A DNA stretch of 64,000 bases, from contig OY762940.1 of NCBI GenBank assembly GCA_963667255.1, positions 256,001 to 320,000 on the forward strand, in the 5' to 3' direction. Both the position numbers and the translations under genes were made by a program. A model generated the notes under the pieces. That model did no database searches. It was not told the DNA's origin and saw nothing but the letters and a program-made list of their open reading frames with translations. Below, one piece after another: positions 51,021 to 62,538 of the stretch (positions are counted from its first letter, which is position 1; each line of letters starts with the position of its first letter). Source of the stretch: Candidatus Cloacimonadota bacterium. Its GTDB lineage: Bacteria; Cloacimonadota; Cloacimonadia; G963667145.

Positions 51021-52043
51021 ATGACTAAATCAAATGATATAAAAATTGTTGCAGATAATTATGACAGCTTAGTTTCCCAAATATCTGATACATATTTACA
51101 AGGGAAAGATAATGCCGTAAAAGCAGTAAATTTAGAAATTGTAAATACCTATTGGAAAGTAGGAGAACATATCATTGAATATGAACAAAACGGAAAAGAA
51201 CGTGCGGAATATGGAAGTAAATTATTAGAAAAACTTTCAAAAGATTTATCATTAATGCACGGTAAAGGATTTAGCGTTAGCAATATTCAAAGAATGAGAC
51301 AATTATACGATGAATATCCAATTTATGCGACACTGTCGCACAAATTGAGTTGGTCACATTATGTTGAACTTCTAAAAATTGATGATAAGTTAGAAAGAAG
51401 CTTTTATGAAAAGCAAAGCATTCTTGAAAATTGGTCTATTCGTGAATTAAAAAGACAAAAGAAAACATCATTATTCTTGCGACTTGCAGCATCTAAAGAT
51501 AAAAAAGGAATTTTAGAATTAGCAAAACAAGGACAATTTGTTGAAAAGCCTGAAGATATAATTAGAGAACCTTACGTTTTAGATTTCCTACAAATTCCAG
51601 AGCCATATAATTTCAGCGAATCTGAATTAGAATCACGAATTATTGATAGCCTACAACATTTTTTATTGGAATTAGGAAAAGGGTTTGCTTTTGTTGGAAG
51701 ACAATACAGAATTACACTTGGAAACAGACATTTTCGAGTTGACTTAGTTTTTTATCATCGTATTTTGAAATGTTTTGTTCTTATTGACCTAAAAAAAGAA
51801 GAGGCTGGATATGAAGATATTGGGCAAATGAATATGTATATGGGATATTTTGAAGCCGAAGAAAATTCAGAAGGAGATAATCCTCCGATAGGAATTGTCC
51901 TTTCAAAAAACAAAGATGAATTACTTGTGAAATACGCAATGAACAAGGTAAATTCTCAATTATTTGTTTCAAAATATCAACTTTATCTCCCGAATCGAGA
52001 TGAATTAAAAGCATTGATTGAAAAACAATTAAATGAAGATTAA
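51021..52043 (+). CDS. YhcG/DUF1016 family PD-(D/E)XK nuclease-domain protein
   Basis: LSWSHY, REPYVLDFL, FLLELGKGFAFVGRQ, VDLVFYH, IDLK, GQMNMY. Confidence 0.93.
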   Translation: MTKSNDIKIVADNYDSLVSQISDTYLQGKDNAVKAVNLEIVNTYWKVGEHIIEYEQNGKERAEYGSKLLEKLSKDLSLMHGKGFSVSNIQRMRQLYDEYPIYATLSHKLSWSHYVELLKIDDKLERSFYEKQSILENWSIRELKRQKKTSLFLRLAASKDKKGILELAKQGQFVEKPEDIIREPYVLDFLQIPEPYNFSESELESRIIDSLQHFLLELGKGFAFVGRQYRITLGNRHFRVDLVFYHRILKCFVLIDLKKEEAGYEDIGQMNMYMGYFEAEENSEGDNPPIGIVLSKNKDELLVKYAMNKVNSQLFVSKYQLYLPNRDELKALIEKQLNED

Positions 52044-52074
52044 AAATATTAATATAGTGAACGAAACCGCCAGC

Positions 52075-52205
52075 ATAGAACATTTTGTATAAGCGATAGC
52101 GGGTGAATGCTCAATTCGTAGGTTTGTAACCCGCCCGAGCATTTTCTCGGTTTGAAAAGTTTAACTCACGAGAACCGCTACGCCACATACCGCCAACCGT
52201 TAACA
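52075..52205 (+). repeat. 131-bp attC-like site B
   Basis: ATAGAAC...GTTAACA; stem GTATAAGCGATAGCGG / CCGCTACGCCACATAC; shares TCTCGGTTTGAAAA and AACCGTTA with site A. Confidence 0.7.
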
Positions 52206-52218
52206 AAACATTTTTTAG

Positions 52219-52842
52219 GTGAATAAGATGGAAAATTTATTTCTTGACCAAAAAAAAACACTTCACACTTGCAAGGAAGAAGATTGCAAAAATTGTAATG
52301 TATCAAAAGATATTAACTGTCATTTCAACTTAAAGCAGTTACTAAACTTTTTACTTATTGCTCTTCCCCCATTCATTATCGGTGGATATACCATTTATAC
52401 TCATAATTGGATATTTTTAGCAATTTGGATAGTAATTATTCTCTTATATTTCGGCTTAGTTGAAATTAGGGTAATGTGTTCTCACTGTCCGCATTATGCT
52501 GAGCCAAAACTAAAAACTCTCAAATGTTGGGCAAACTATGGTGCACCAAAATTGTGGAAATATAGACCGGGACCAATGAGCATAGCAGAAAAAACTATTT
52601 TTTTATTTGGAATGAGTGTTGCGTTTTTATACCCTATTATTTTCCTCGTCATAGTAAAAGAATGGTTTTTATTATTTATCTGCATAATGACCACTATCGC
52701 ATTTTTTGCCACTCTAAAAAATTTTTTGTGTGCACATTGTATAAATTTTGCATGCCCATTCAATACTGTTGATAATGATACAAGAAATAAATTCTTCGAT
52801 AAAAATGTGGTTGTAAAACAAGCATGGAAAAAAGAAGATTAA
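52219..52842 (+). CDS. Cys-rich hypothetical membrane protein (about 4 TM)
   Basis: C-x4-C-xx-C-x7-CH, CSHCPHY, CAHCINFACPFN; start is 52219 GTG or 52228 ATG. Confidence 0.7.
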   Translation: MNKMENLFLDQKKTLHTCKEEDCKNCNVSKDINCHFNLKQLLNFLLIALPPFIIGGYTIYTHNWIFLAIWIVIILLYFGLVEIRVMCSHCPHYAEPKLKTLKCWANYGAPKLWKYRPGPMSIAEKTIFLFGMSVAFLYPIIFLVIVKEWFLLFICIMTTIAFFATLKNFLCAHCINFACPFNTVDNDTRNKFFDKNVVVKQAWKKED

Positions 52843-53387
52843 TAATTGTAGGTGGAGCTAATGGTGTAGGCAAAACAACTTTTGCTTATCAATATCGAGA
52901 TGAATACAAAATTGATTATCTTGGAGCTGATGAAATTGCTTTGAGAATCAGCAAGACAGAAAAAAAAGATGTTGAATTAAAAGCAGGCAAAGAATTTTTC
53001 AAAACTCTTGATGAATATTACAATAAAAACAGATCAGTAATTATTGAATCAACTCTTTCTGGAATTGGATTATCAAAAAAACTTAAAAAATTTAAAGAAA
53101 ATGGTTTTACTATCCATCTACTGTATGTTTTTTTGGACGATATAAATTTATGTAAAAGTCGTGTTGCTGCAAGAGTCAAAAAAGGCGGACACGATGTCCC
53201 TTCTAAAGACATTGAAAGAAGATATTATCGCAGTTTTGCAAACTTAAAAAAAATATATCTTCCATTAGCAGATACTTGGCAAATTATATATAATGGATTG
53301 AAAAGACCTATTGAAATCGCTATTTCCGATAATAATTCAGAAATGATAGTTGATGAAGAATATTATAAAAAATTTTGGGAGCTTTAA
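52824..53387 (+). CDS. Zeta-toxin-like P-loop kinase/ATPase
   Basis: GGANGVGKTT, ESTLSG, RVAARVKKGGHDVP..DI.RRY. Confidence 0.85.
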   Translation: MEKRRLIIVGGANGVGKTTFAYQYRDEYKIDYLGADEIALRISKTEKKDVELKAGKEFFKTLDEYYNKNRSVIIESTLSGIGLSKKLKKFKENGFTIHLLYVFLDDINLCKSRVAARVKKGGHDVPSKDIERRYYRSFANLKKIYLPLADTWQIIYNGLKRPIEIAISDNNSEMIVDEEYYKKFWEL

Positions 53388-53389
53388 AA

Positions 53390-53548
53390 ATGAATAAAAG
53401 TGATTTAAAAAAGACAAAAAAGAAAATCAGTGCTAAAGCATTGCAACAATTCGCTGACAATAGACGGATTTTTAATAAAGCCGTAGAAAAAGCGATTGAA
53501 GAGAACAAGAAAGCAAAAATATTAACTGAAAATCTTTATGCTAAATAG
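53390..53548 (+). CDS. Small basic protein (52 aa), probable partner of the zeta-like protein
   Basis: Below the ORF-track cut-off; manual translation MNKSDLKKTKKKISAKALQQFADNRRIFNKAVEKAIEENKKAKILTENLYAK; starts 2 nt after the upstream stop. Confidence 0.55.
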   Translation: MNKSDLKKTKKKISAKALQQFADNRRIFNKAVEKAIEENKKAKILTENLYAK

Positions 53549-53575
53549 TCCTTTAGAGAAAACCAAACCACCCTA

Positions 53576-54907
53576 TCATCGTCTCCGCAATCCCTTCGGT
53601 AAATAGTTGTTTAGTCTGCCGTTAGCGACCTTGCCCCAGCCAACTCCATAACCATCAACCGTAACCAAGCACCAACCTTTGGGCAAATGGACACTCAAGC
53701 TCTCACCTGCCAAATAGTCCGCCAATCCCAAATCACTACTCTCAAAATTCAAGCTGTTTACCACATCATTCGCCGTGAGATGCAAAGCCAAAGCATGCGA
53801 AGGCTCAAATCTATTCTTGGCGACTCCGCCCAAATGAAGCCCGAAATTTAGCACCCGCAAATCGCTCAAATCAAGATTTTGCTCAAAATCGTTTAGATAC
53901 AAATTGTCGTTCAGCAGGCACAACCGACCCGATAAACTCTCTCTCAAAAATTCTCGCTGGAATCCCTCCCACAGCTCATTTTTCTTGATACTCTTGGGGA
54001 ACTCTCTTTTGGATTTGGAAACAAATTTAGACGATTCATTCTTTTGCAAAACAGCCACAAAATGCCCCTCTCCCTTGTGGATATGCGGATAAATTTGCAG
54101 GGAGCTGAACTTGCCAAAGCAATCAACATTCTCAATCTCACTCCTAACAAAATCGGGATGTTCTTGCAAAAATTCGTCAATCTGTTTCTCGTTCTCCTCT
54201 GGGGCGAAAGTGCAAGTGGAATACACCAACCGACCACCATCGGCAAGCATCTTCGCTGCTTCGTGCAAGATTTGCTTTTGCCTCTTCGCACAACCGAGAA
54301 CGCTCTCTAAACTCCACTGACTTGTTGCTTCGGGATTTTTGCGAAACAACCCCTCTCCAGAGCACGGAGCATCCACCAAAATCTTATCAAAAAACAACAG
54401 GAATTTCTTCCCTAACTCCTCAGCCTCGTTATTGGTAACTATCGCTCTTCTTGTGCCAAACCGTTGCAAGTTTTCCCGCAAAATCTTCGCTCTGGAAAAC
54501 ACAACTTCGTTGGCAATAAGCAGTCCGCTATCCCCCAATTTGCTCGTTATCTGCGTAGATTTCCCCCCGGGAGCAGCACACAAATCAAGCACTCTCTCAC
54601 CCACTTTGACATCCAAAGCCTCCACCGGCAACATAGCCGACGGCTCTTGCAGATAATACAAACCCGCTTGATGATACGGATGCAAACTCGGACGAAACCT
54701 CTCCTCAAAATAGAATCCCTCATTGCACCACTGTATCTGCTCCAGCTCAAATTCATCTTTCAGAAACGGCAATCTATCCTTTATCTTCAGAGAGTTAACC
54801 CGCAACCCTTTGGTATGCTTACAATTATAACTATTCGAAAATTCCGAAAACTCCTCATCTCCGAGCTGCTTCTTCATCCTCTCCAAAAACAATTCAGGTA
54901 ATTTCAA
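53576..54907 (-). CDS. RsmF/NOL1/NOP2/Sun family rRNA m5C methyltransferase
   Basis: YYLQEPSAM, LDLCAAPGGKS, DAPCSGEG, YSTCT; C-terminal RFEPSHALA and N.LPKGLR. Confidence 0.92.
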   Translation of the reverse strand: MKLPELFLERMKKQLGDEEFSEFSNSYNCKHTKGLRVNSLKIKDRLPFLKDEFELEQIQWCNEGFYFEERFRPSLHPYHQAGLYYLQEPSAMLPVEALDVKVGERVLDLCAAPGGKSTQITSKLGDSGLLIANEVVFSRAKILRENLQRFGTRRAIVTNNEAEELGKKFLLFFDKILVDAPCSGEGLFRKNPEATSQWSLESVLGCAKRQKQILHEAAKMLADGGRLVYSTCTFAPEENEKQIDEFLQEHPDFVRSEIENVDCFGKFSSLQIYPHIHKGEGHFVAVLQKNESSKFVSKSKREFPKSIKKNELWEGFQREFLRESLSGRLCLLNDNLYLNDFEQNLDLSDLRVLNFGLHLGGVAKNRFEPSHALALHLTANDVVNSLNFESSDLGLADYLAGESLSVHLPKGWCLVTVDGYGVGWGKVANGRLNNYLPKGLRRR

Positions 54908-55501
54908 CTAATCCTCGATTTTGTCATTTTTAATTCGTAGCTCATTCATGACATTCAGAAAATCTTCCTCAATCTCAAGCGGAATAGCAACTTTCGCCGT
55001 AATCTTGTCCGAATACTTCGTGTCAAATATCTCCAAATTCAGCAAATTCAACTTGTAATTCAAACTATCCAAAAGACTGTAAGCCAACTCCACAGAGTAG
55101 GTCACCTTGCATATCAACTGCTCCAAACCGACAGTCTCCACAGCCTCCTCGGTCACAGAAGAATATGCGTCAATCAAGCCGGAAATCCCCAGTTTTACAC
55201 CCCCAAAATATCTGGTAATCATCACACACACATTCGTGATATTCTTGGAAAATAAAACTCCCAAAATCGGCTTGCCGGCTGTCCCTGACGGCTCTCCGTC
55301 ATCAGAAGAATGAAAAATCTCGCCATCAGCACCCACGATATACGCCCAGCAATTGTGACTGGCATTCTTGTGAGAGCGACTAATCTCCGAAATTCTCTCC
55401 TTCGCCATTTGGGCATCATCGACACAAAAAAGGTGAGTTATGAACTCGGAGCGTTTAATTTTAACACTCTTAGTCAACTCACCTTTCAATATATACTTCA
55501 T
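54908..55501 (-). CDS. yigZ: YigZ/IMPACT family protein
   Basis: ASHNCWAY, SDDGEPSGTAG, RYFGGVKLG. Confidence 0.92.
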   Translation of the reverse strand: MKYILKGELTKSVKIKRSEFITHLFCVDDAQMAKERISEISRSHKNASHNCWAYIVGADGEIFHSSDDGEPSGTAGKPILGVLFSKNITNVCVMITRYFGGVKLGISGLIDAYSSVTEEAVETVGLEQLICKVTYSVELAYSLLDSLNYKLNLLNLEIFDTKYSDKITAKVAIPLEIEEDFLNVMNELRIKNDKIED

Positions 55502-55508
55502 CTAATTA

Positions 55509-57971
55509 TCAGAAAATTTGCTCCTGTTCCATCACATCCGGCTCCTCTTCCTGCACAATCTTGGTAACATCATACACAAAATCTTCGTCCTGCAAACTAA
55601 TCAACCGCACGCCTTGTGTGTTCTTGTTAAAGATGGAAATCTTTTCCACAGACTGACGATTTATTATCCCATTTTTGGTCACGATAATGATGTTGTCATC
55701 ATCAGCCACTTCCAGAAGTTTCACCAATTTCCCGTTCCGTGCAGTCGTCTTGATAGTGATATATCCCTTGGAAGCTCTACGGGTTTTCTTGTAATCGTCC
55801 GCATCAGTTCGCTTGCCATAGCCATTACCACATATGGAAAGAAGAGTTACATTTTCTCTCTTCAAGATAATCATCGAAACCACTTCGTCGCCATCTCGCA
55901 AAGTAATGCCACGCACACCTTTGGAGTTCCGCCCGACAGTCCGCACCTCTTCCTCGCTAAAGCGGTTGGAGTAACCGTTGGTAGTCGCCAAAAGCACATC
56001 GTTGGTGCCATCGGAAATCGCCACATCCACCAGTCTGTCGCCTTGAGTAAGATTGATGGAGATAATTCCGTTAGCTCTCGGCTTGGAAAAACTGCTCAAA
56101 GCAGACTTCTTCACTATTCCGTCTTTGGTAGACATTATGATGTTTTGCGAATCGGAGAACTCGGAAACATTCAAAAACGCCTGTATCTTCTCGCCAGTCT
56201 GCAACGGCAACAAGTTAATTATCGGTCTGCCCTTGGCTATTCTGCTACCCTGAGGCAAATCGTAAACCTTTTGCCAGTAGCACTTACCTGAGTTGGAGAA
56301 GAACAAAATGTAGTCGTGAGTGGAGGCAACAAAGATGTTCTTGATGAAATCGTCCTCTTTCAGAGTAGAGCCGGACAGTCCGCGACCACCTCTATTTTGC
56401 GTGCGGTAAGTATCCGCCGGAATCCTCTTGATGTAGCCCTCGTTGGAGATAGTAACCACAACCTCTTCCTTAGCAATAAGGTCTTCGATTTTCATATCAA
56501 CCGTATTTTTGCCAATCATCGTCCGACGGTCATCACCAAACTTGTCTTTGATTTCCAAAGTCTCATCTTTGATGATGTTCATCCTCAACTCTTTTTTCCC
56601 CAAAATCTCTTCCAACTCTTTTACCAAAATCAAAGTCGCTTGGTAGTCAGATTCGATTTTATCCCTTTCCATTCCGGTCAAGCGTTGCAATCTCATTTCC
56701 AAAATGCTCTTGGATTGTATCTCGCTCAAATTGAACTTGGTAATCAATTGCTCTTGTGCTTCACTATTCGTAGCCGAAGCCCTGATAGTGCTGATAACCT
56801 CGTCCAGATTGTCCAAAGCAATCTTAAATCCTTCCAAAATATGAAGTTTATGTTTGGCATTTTTCAGCCTAAACTGAGTTCTCCGCTCCACAACCTCATG
56901 CCTAAATTCGATGAAATTTTGAACTAACTCAGGCATAGAGAGAATTTTCGGTTCGCCGTTTACCAAAGCCAAATTGATAACGCTGAAAGTCTGTTGCAGT
57001 TGCGTATATTTGAAGAGCTTATTTAGCACCACATCCGCATTAAAGCCTTTCTTCACCTTCACAACCAAACGCATTCCCTGACGCCCACTCTCATCTCGCA
57101 CATCAGAAATATCTTCGATTTTTTTGGTTTTCACAAGCTCCGCTATCTTCTCTATCAGCAAGGTCTTATTCAGTTGATAAGGTATCTCGTGAATAATAAT
57201 TTGTTGCTGATTGTTGGGCTTGTTCTCGATAAACGCCTTGCCTTTCAGCTTGATTTTGCCTCTACCCGTAGCGAAGTATTCATCAATCCCCGATGTTCCT
57301 GCGATAATGCCGCCGGTCGGGAAATCAGGACCTTTTATATATTTTCGCAAATCTTTGTCGTCCAACTCGGGATTGTCCACTTTGGCAATGATGGCATCAC
57401 AAATCTCCTTGATATTGTGAGGAGGCATAGATGTCGCCATACCCACGGCGATACCGGAACTCCCGTTCACCAAGAGGTTAGGGAATTTCGTAGGGAATAC
57501 TTCTGGCTCTTTTTGAGTCTCATCGTAGTTAAACTTGAAGTCAACCGTCTCTTCGCCCAAATCTTCCAAAAGCTCCATAGCAGCTTTTTGCAATTTCGCC
57601 TCGGTGTAACGCATAGCAGCTGGTGGGTCGCCATCTATCGAGCCGAAGTTTCCTTGCCCGTTAACCAACATATAACGCATAATCCAAGGTTGTGCCAAAC
57701 GAACCAAAGTCGGATAAACCACTTGCTCACCGTGAGGGTGGAAGTTACCCGATGTATCTCCGGCAATCTTGGCACACTTCCTAAATCCGCCACCTGGTCG
57801 CAAATTCAACTGCTCCATGGCGTATAAAATCCTGCGTTGCGAAGGCTTAAGACCGTCTCTAATATCCGGCAAAGCCCTTGCCACAATAACGCTCATGGAG
57901 TATTCCATGTAGGACTTTTTCAGTTGATCTTCTATCTCTACATTTACTATCTTGGAACTTTCATCAAACAT
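55509..57971 (-). CDS. gyrA: DNA gyrase subunit A
   Basis: RDGLKP, HPHG, AAMRYTE; GyrA-box QNRGGRG. Confidence 0.97.
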   Translation of the reverse strand: MFDESSKIVNVEIEDQLKKSYMEYSMSVIVARALPDIRDGLKPSQRRILYAMEQLNLRPGGGFRKCAKIAGDTSGNFHPHGEQVVYPTLVRLAQPWIMRYMLVNGQGNFGSIDGDPPAAMRYTEAKLQKAAMELLEDLGEETVDFKFNYDETQKEPEVFPTKFPNLLVNGSSGIAVGMATSMPPHNIKEICDAIIAKVDNPELDDKDLRKYIKGPDFPTGGIIAGTSGIDEYFATGRGKIKLKGKAFIENKPNNQQQIIIHEIPYQLNKTLLIEKIAELVKTKKIEDISDVRDESGRQGMRLVVKVKKGFNADVVLNKLFKYTQLQQTFSVINLALVNGEPKILSMPELVQNFIEFRHEVVERRTQFRLKNAKHKLHILEGFKIALDNLDEVISTIRASATNSEAQEQLITKFNLSEIQSKSILEMRLQRLTGMERDKIESDYQATLILVKELEEILGKKELRMNIIKDETLEIKDKFGDDRRTMIGKNTVDMKIEDLIAKEEVVVTISNEGYIKRIPADTYRTQNRGGRGLSGSTLKEDDFIKNIFVASTHDYILFFSNSGKCYWQKVYDLPQGSRIAKGRPIINLLPLQTGEKIQAFLNVSEFSDSQNIIMSTKDGIVKKSALSSFSKPRANGIISINLTQGDRLVDVAISDGTNDVLLATTNGYSNRFSEEEVRTVGRNSKGVRGITLRDGDEVVSMIILKRENVTLLSICGNGYGKRTDADDYKKTRRASKGYITIKTTARNGKLVKLLEVADDDNIIIVTKNGIINRQSVEKISIFNKNTQGVRLISLQDEDFVYDVTKIVQEEEPDVMEQEQIF

Positions 57972-57995
57972 ATTATCTACTTCCTTTAATCTATC

Positions 57996-59969
<1,974 letters not shown>

Positions 59970-59976
59970 TCAAGCT

Positions 59977-60020
59977 AAAAAAAGAAAAACACCATTAAAA
60001 AGCGTTTTAATGGTGTTTTT
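59977..60020 (-). terminator. Intrinsic terminator after tyrS
   Basis: 16-bp perfect stem AAAAACACCATTAAAA/TTTTAATGGTGTTTTT with a T-run on the minus strand; next to the gyrB TTGACA (59968-59973). Confidence 0.8.
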
Positions 60021-60156
60021 CAGTATTTTATGTTTTTTAAAGTCCCTACCTTTCAAAAAATGAAATTCCCTGAAATAACATAAATTTCAAATCTTTTTCT
60101 ACAAGTTAGCCCAAAATTTCAGAAAATTCACCTTCAAAAAAAGCATAACTAACTTC

Positions 60157-61386
60157 TTAGATTACCTTTACCAAGAAGTATCTTTTTTTACCAGCTTTCA
60201 AAATAATTTGCCCATCTTTTATCATCTCTTTGCCAACAATAGCTTCTATATCGCTTATCGTTTCCTCGTTGATTTTAGCTCCGCCCTGCTCTATCAGCCG
60301 TCTGGCAGCAGATTTGGATTTGCACAAATCGGTCATCGCATACAAATCGGTCACCTTGAAATCGGCATTTAGTGCAGACTCGGCAATCTCTGTACTCGGC
60401 ATCCCCTCCAAATCTACCTCACCACCTGCGGAAAACATCGATTTGGCAGCAGACAACGCTTTGTCAGCTTCATCTTGCCCGTGAATTATTTTGGTCTGCT
60501 CATACGCAAGCAACTCTTTTACCCGATTAAGCTCCTGACCTTGCAAATCCTCATACTTGGCTATCTCTTCCAAAGGCAAAAAAGTGAACATCTTCAAAAA
60601 CCTCACGGCATCTTCGTCAGGCACATTTCTCCAATATTGGAAATACTCATACGGAGTAAACTTGTTCGCATCCAAAAAGACAGCACCTTTTTCGCTCTTG
60701 CCCATCTTCTTGCCGTCAGCTCTGGTAATCAGAGGAAATGTCATCCCAAAAGCCTCTTTACCCGAAATCCTCCGAATCAAATCCACTCCGGCAACGATAT
60801 TGCCCCACTGGTCGTCTCCGCCCATCTGGATATTGCAACCGTAATCCCTATTCAACACCATAAAATCGTAAGACTGCAAAAGTTGATAGTTGAACTCAAT
60901 AAAAGACAACCCCTTCTCCAAGCGAAGTTTATACGCCTCAAAAGAGAGCATCTTGTTTACGGAAAAGTGCTTGCCAATATCTCGCAGAAAATCGATATAA
61001 TTCAAATCCGCCAGCCAATCTTTGTTGTTGGCAGTTTGAGCTGTCTCTCTGGTAAAATCAACCACTTTCCCCAACTGCTTAATAATTTTTTGGGAATTGG
61101 ACGCAATCTGCTCTTTGCTCAACATCTTACGCATCTCAGTTTTGCCAGATGGGTCGCCTATCATCGCAGTGCCTTCGCCCAAAAGCACGATAACCTTGTT
61201 ACCGCCCTCTTGCAAATGATGAAAAGCAAAAAAAGGAACAATGTGCCCGATGTGCAAAGAATCTCCGGTAGGGTCAACGCCAACATAAACCGTTGCCTTG
61301 CCACTATTTAACAAATCCCTAACCTTCGCTTCGTCTGTGCATTGTTTAAAAAAACCTCTCGCTTTCAAAGTCTCAAAAACTCCCAT
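60157..61386 (-). CDS. tyrS: Tyrosine--tRNA ligase
   Basis: HIGH, YQLLQSYDF, QMGGDDQWGN, KMGKS; S4-like tail. Confidence 0.97.
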   Translation of the reverse strand: MGVFETLKARGFFKQCTDEAKVRDLLNSGKATVYVGVDPTGDSLHIGHIVPFFAFHHLQEGGNKVIVLLGEGTAMIGDPSGKTEMRKMLSKEQIASNSQKIIKQLGKVVDFTRETAQTANNKDWLADLNYIDFLRDIGKHFSVNKMLSFEAYKLRLEKGLSFIEFNYQLLQSYDFMVLNRDYGCNIQMGGDDQWGNIVAGVDLIRRISGKEAFGMTFPLITRADGKKMGKSEKGAVFLDANKFTPYEYFQYWRNVPDEDAVRFLKMFTFLPLEEIAKYEDLQGQELNRVKELLAYEQTKIIHGQDEADKALSAAKSMFSAGGEVDLEGMPSTEIAESALNADFKVTDLYAMTDLCKSKSAARRLIEQGGAKINEETISDIEAIVGKEMIKDGQIILKAGKKRYFLVKVI

Positions 61387-61434
61387 TTCTACCTCACAAA
61401 TTATTTTTTCTAATCTATATTACAAAATCAACCG

Positions 61435-62538
61435 CTAACAGGCACTCTTTACCAAGAAGCCTCTAACCAACTTCGCCGTCTCTTCCGAAGCAGATTTGTC
61501 CCCGATGTTTTCCCTAATCGCATCTATATCCGCCTTCAGCTTGTCGTGATGTTTGCCCTCTTCCAAATAATAGTCGATATTCTTGCAGATATTCGCAAAA
61601 CTCACCTCATCTTGTAGCAACTCCGGCACAACCAGTTTCCGCATAATGATATTGGGCAAACCGACATAATTGAGCTTCACGAACTTTTTCGCCAAATAAT
61701 ACATAAAAAAATCGGCGATGTAAACTATGACAAAAGGCGTTTCGCACAGAGCAGCCTCCAAAGTGGTCGTTCCCGATTTTACCACCAAAAAGTCGCTGTA
61801 TTTCAGCACATCATAGTTGTTGCCCCTCGCCAAAGACACATTCTCCATATTTCTAAAAAATCCCGAATCCACAGAATCGCTGACAGCTATGATAAATTCG
61901 TAATTCTCATAAGCCTTGCAAACCTTCTTAAAAACAGGCAACAACCTCTTAACCTCCGAATTGCGACTCCCCGGGAACAGCCCGATAACTTTTTTCCCCG
62001 ATGCCAAATGGAACTTCTTTCGGAAATCTTCCTTGCAAAACGACGGAGTCAACTGCTCAACTACAGGATTGCCGACATACACCGAGTTTATGCCCTTTCT
62101 CTGCAACAAATCGTATTCAAACGGGAAAATGGAAGCCACAACATTCACATACTTCTTAATATCCTTCAACCGCTTGGCTTTCCACGCCCAAAATTTCGGA
62201 CAAATATAATAAACAACCGGAATCCCCAACTCGTGAGCGTATTTCGCCAAAATCATATTGAACCCGGGGAAATCCACCAGCACCACCAAATCGGGGCGTT
62301 CATATTTGAAAATCGTTAATATCTTTCGCTTGAGTTTCCAAAAAGAGACGAATTTTTTCAGCACATCGACAAACCCCATCACACTCAAAGAATCGCAATT
62401 TTTGATGAGCTTGCACCCCGCTATTTCCATATTAATTCCACCCAAACCGAAATTGCGAAAGCTGGGAAGCCGCTTGATAACATAGCTGGCATGCACATCG
62501 CCGGACTTCTCTCCAGCAGACCAAAAAATGCTCTTCAT
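61435..62538 (-). CDS. lpxB: Lipid-A-disaccharide synthase
   Basis: AGEKSGD, DFPGFN, FWAW, FPFE, YVGNP, PGSR..E, SGTTTLE. Confidence 0.95.
   Translation of the reverse strand: MKSIFWSAGEKSGDVHASYVIKRLPSFRNFGLGGINMEIAGCKLIKNCDSLSVMGFVDVLKKFVSFWKLKRKILTIFKYERPDLVVLVDFPGFNMILAKYAHELGIPVVYYICPKFWAWKAKRLKDIKKYVNVVASIFPFEYDLLQRKGINSVYVGNPVVEQLTPSFCKEDFRKKFHLASGKKVIGLFPGSRNSEVKRLLPVFKKVCKAYENYEFIIAVSDSVDSGFFRNMENVSLARGNNYDVLKYSDFLVVKSGTTTLEAALCETPFVIVYIADFFMYYLAKKFVKLNYVGLPNIIMRKLVVPELLQDEVSFANICKNIDYYLEEGKHHDKLKADIDAIRENIGDKSASEETAKLVRGFLVKSAC

Larger units (their letters stand above)
47869..53548 (+). mobile_element. Integrase-less gene-cassette array (CALIN-like), partly decayed
   Basis: Nine co-oriented, functionally unrelated ORFs separated by attC-like sites; no integrase in the window. 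Confidence 0.65.

Noticed and set aside
50793..52205. The 131-bp elements as CRISPR repeats, tRNAs or terminators
   Set aside because: Too long and divergent for CRISPR and separated by whole genes; no tRNA T-loop or anticodon geometry; no U-tract.
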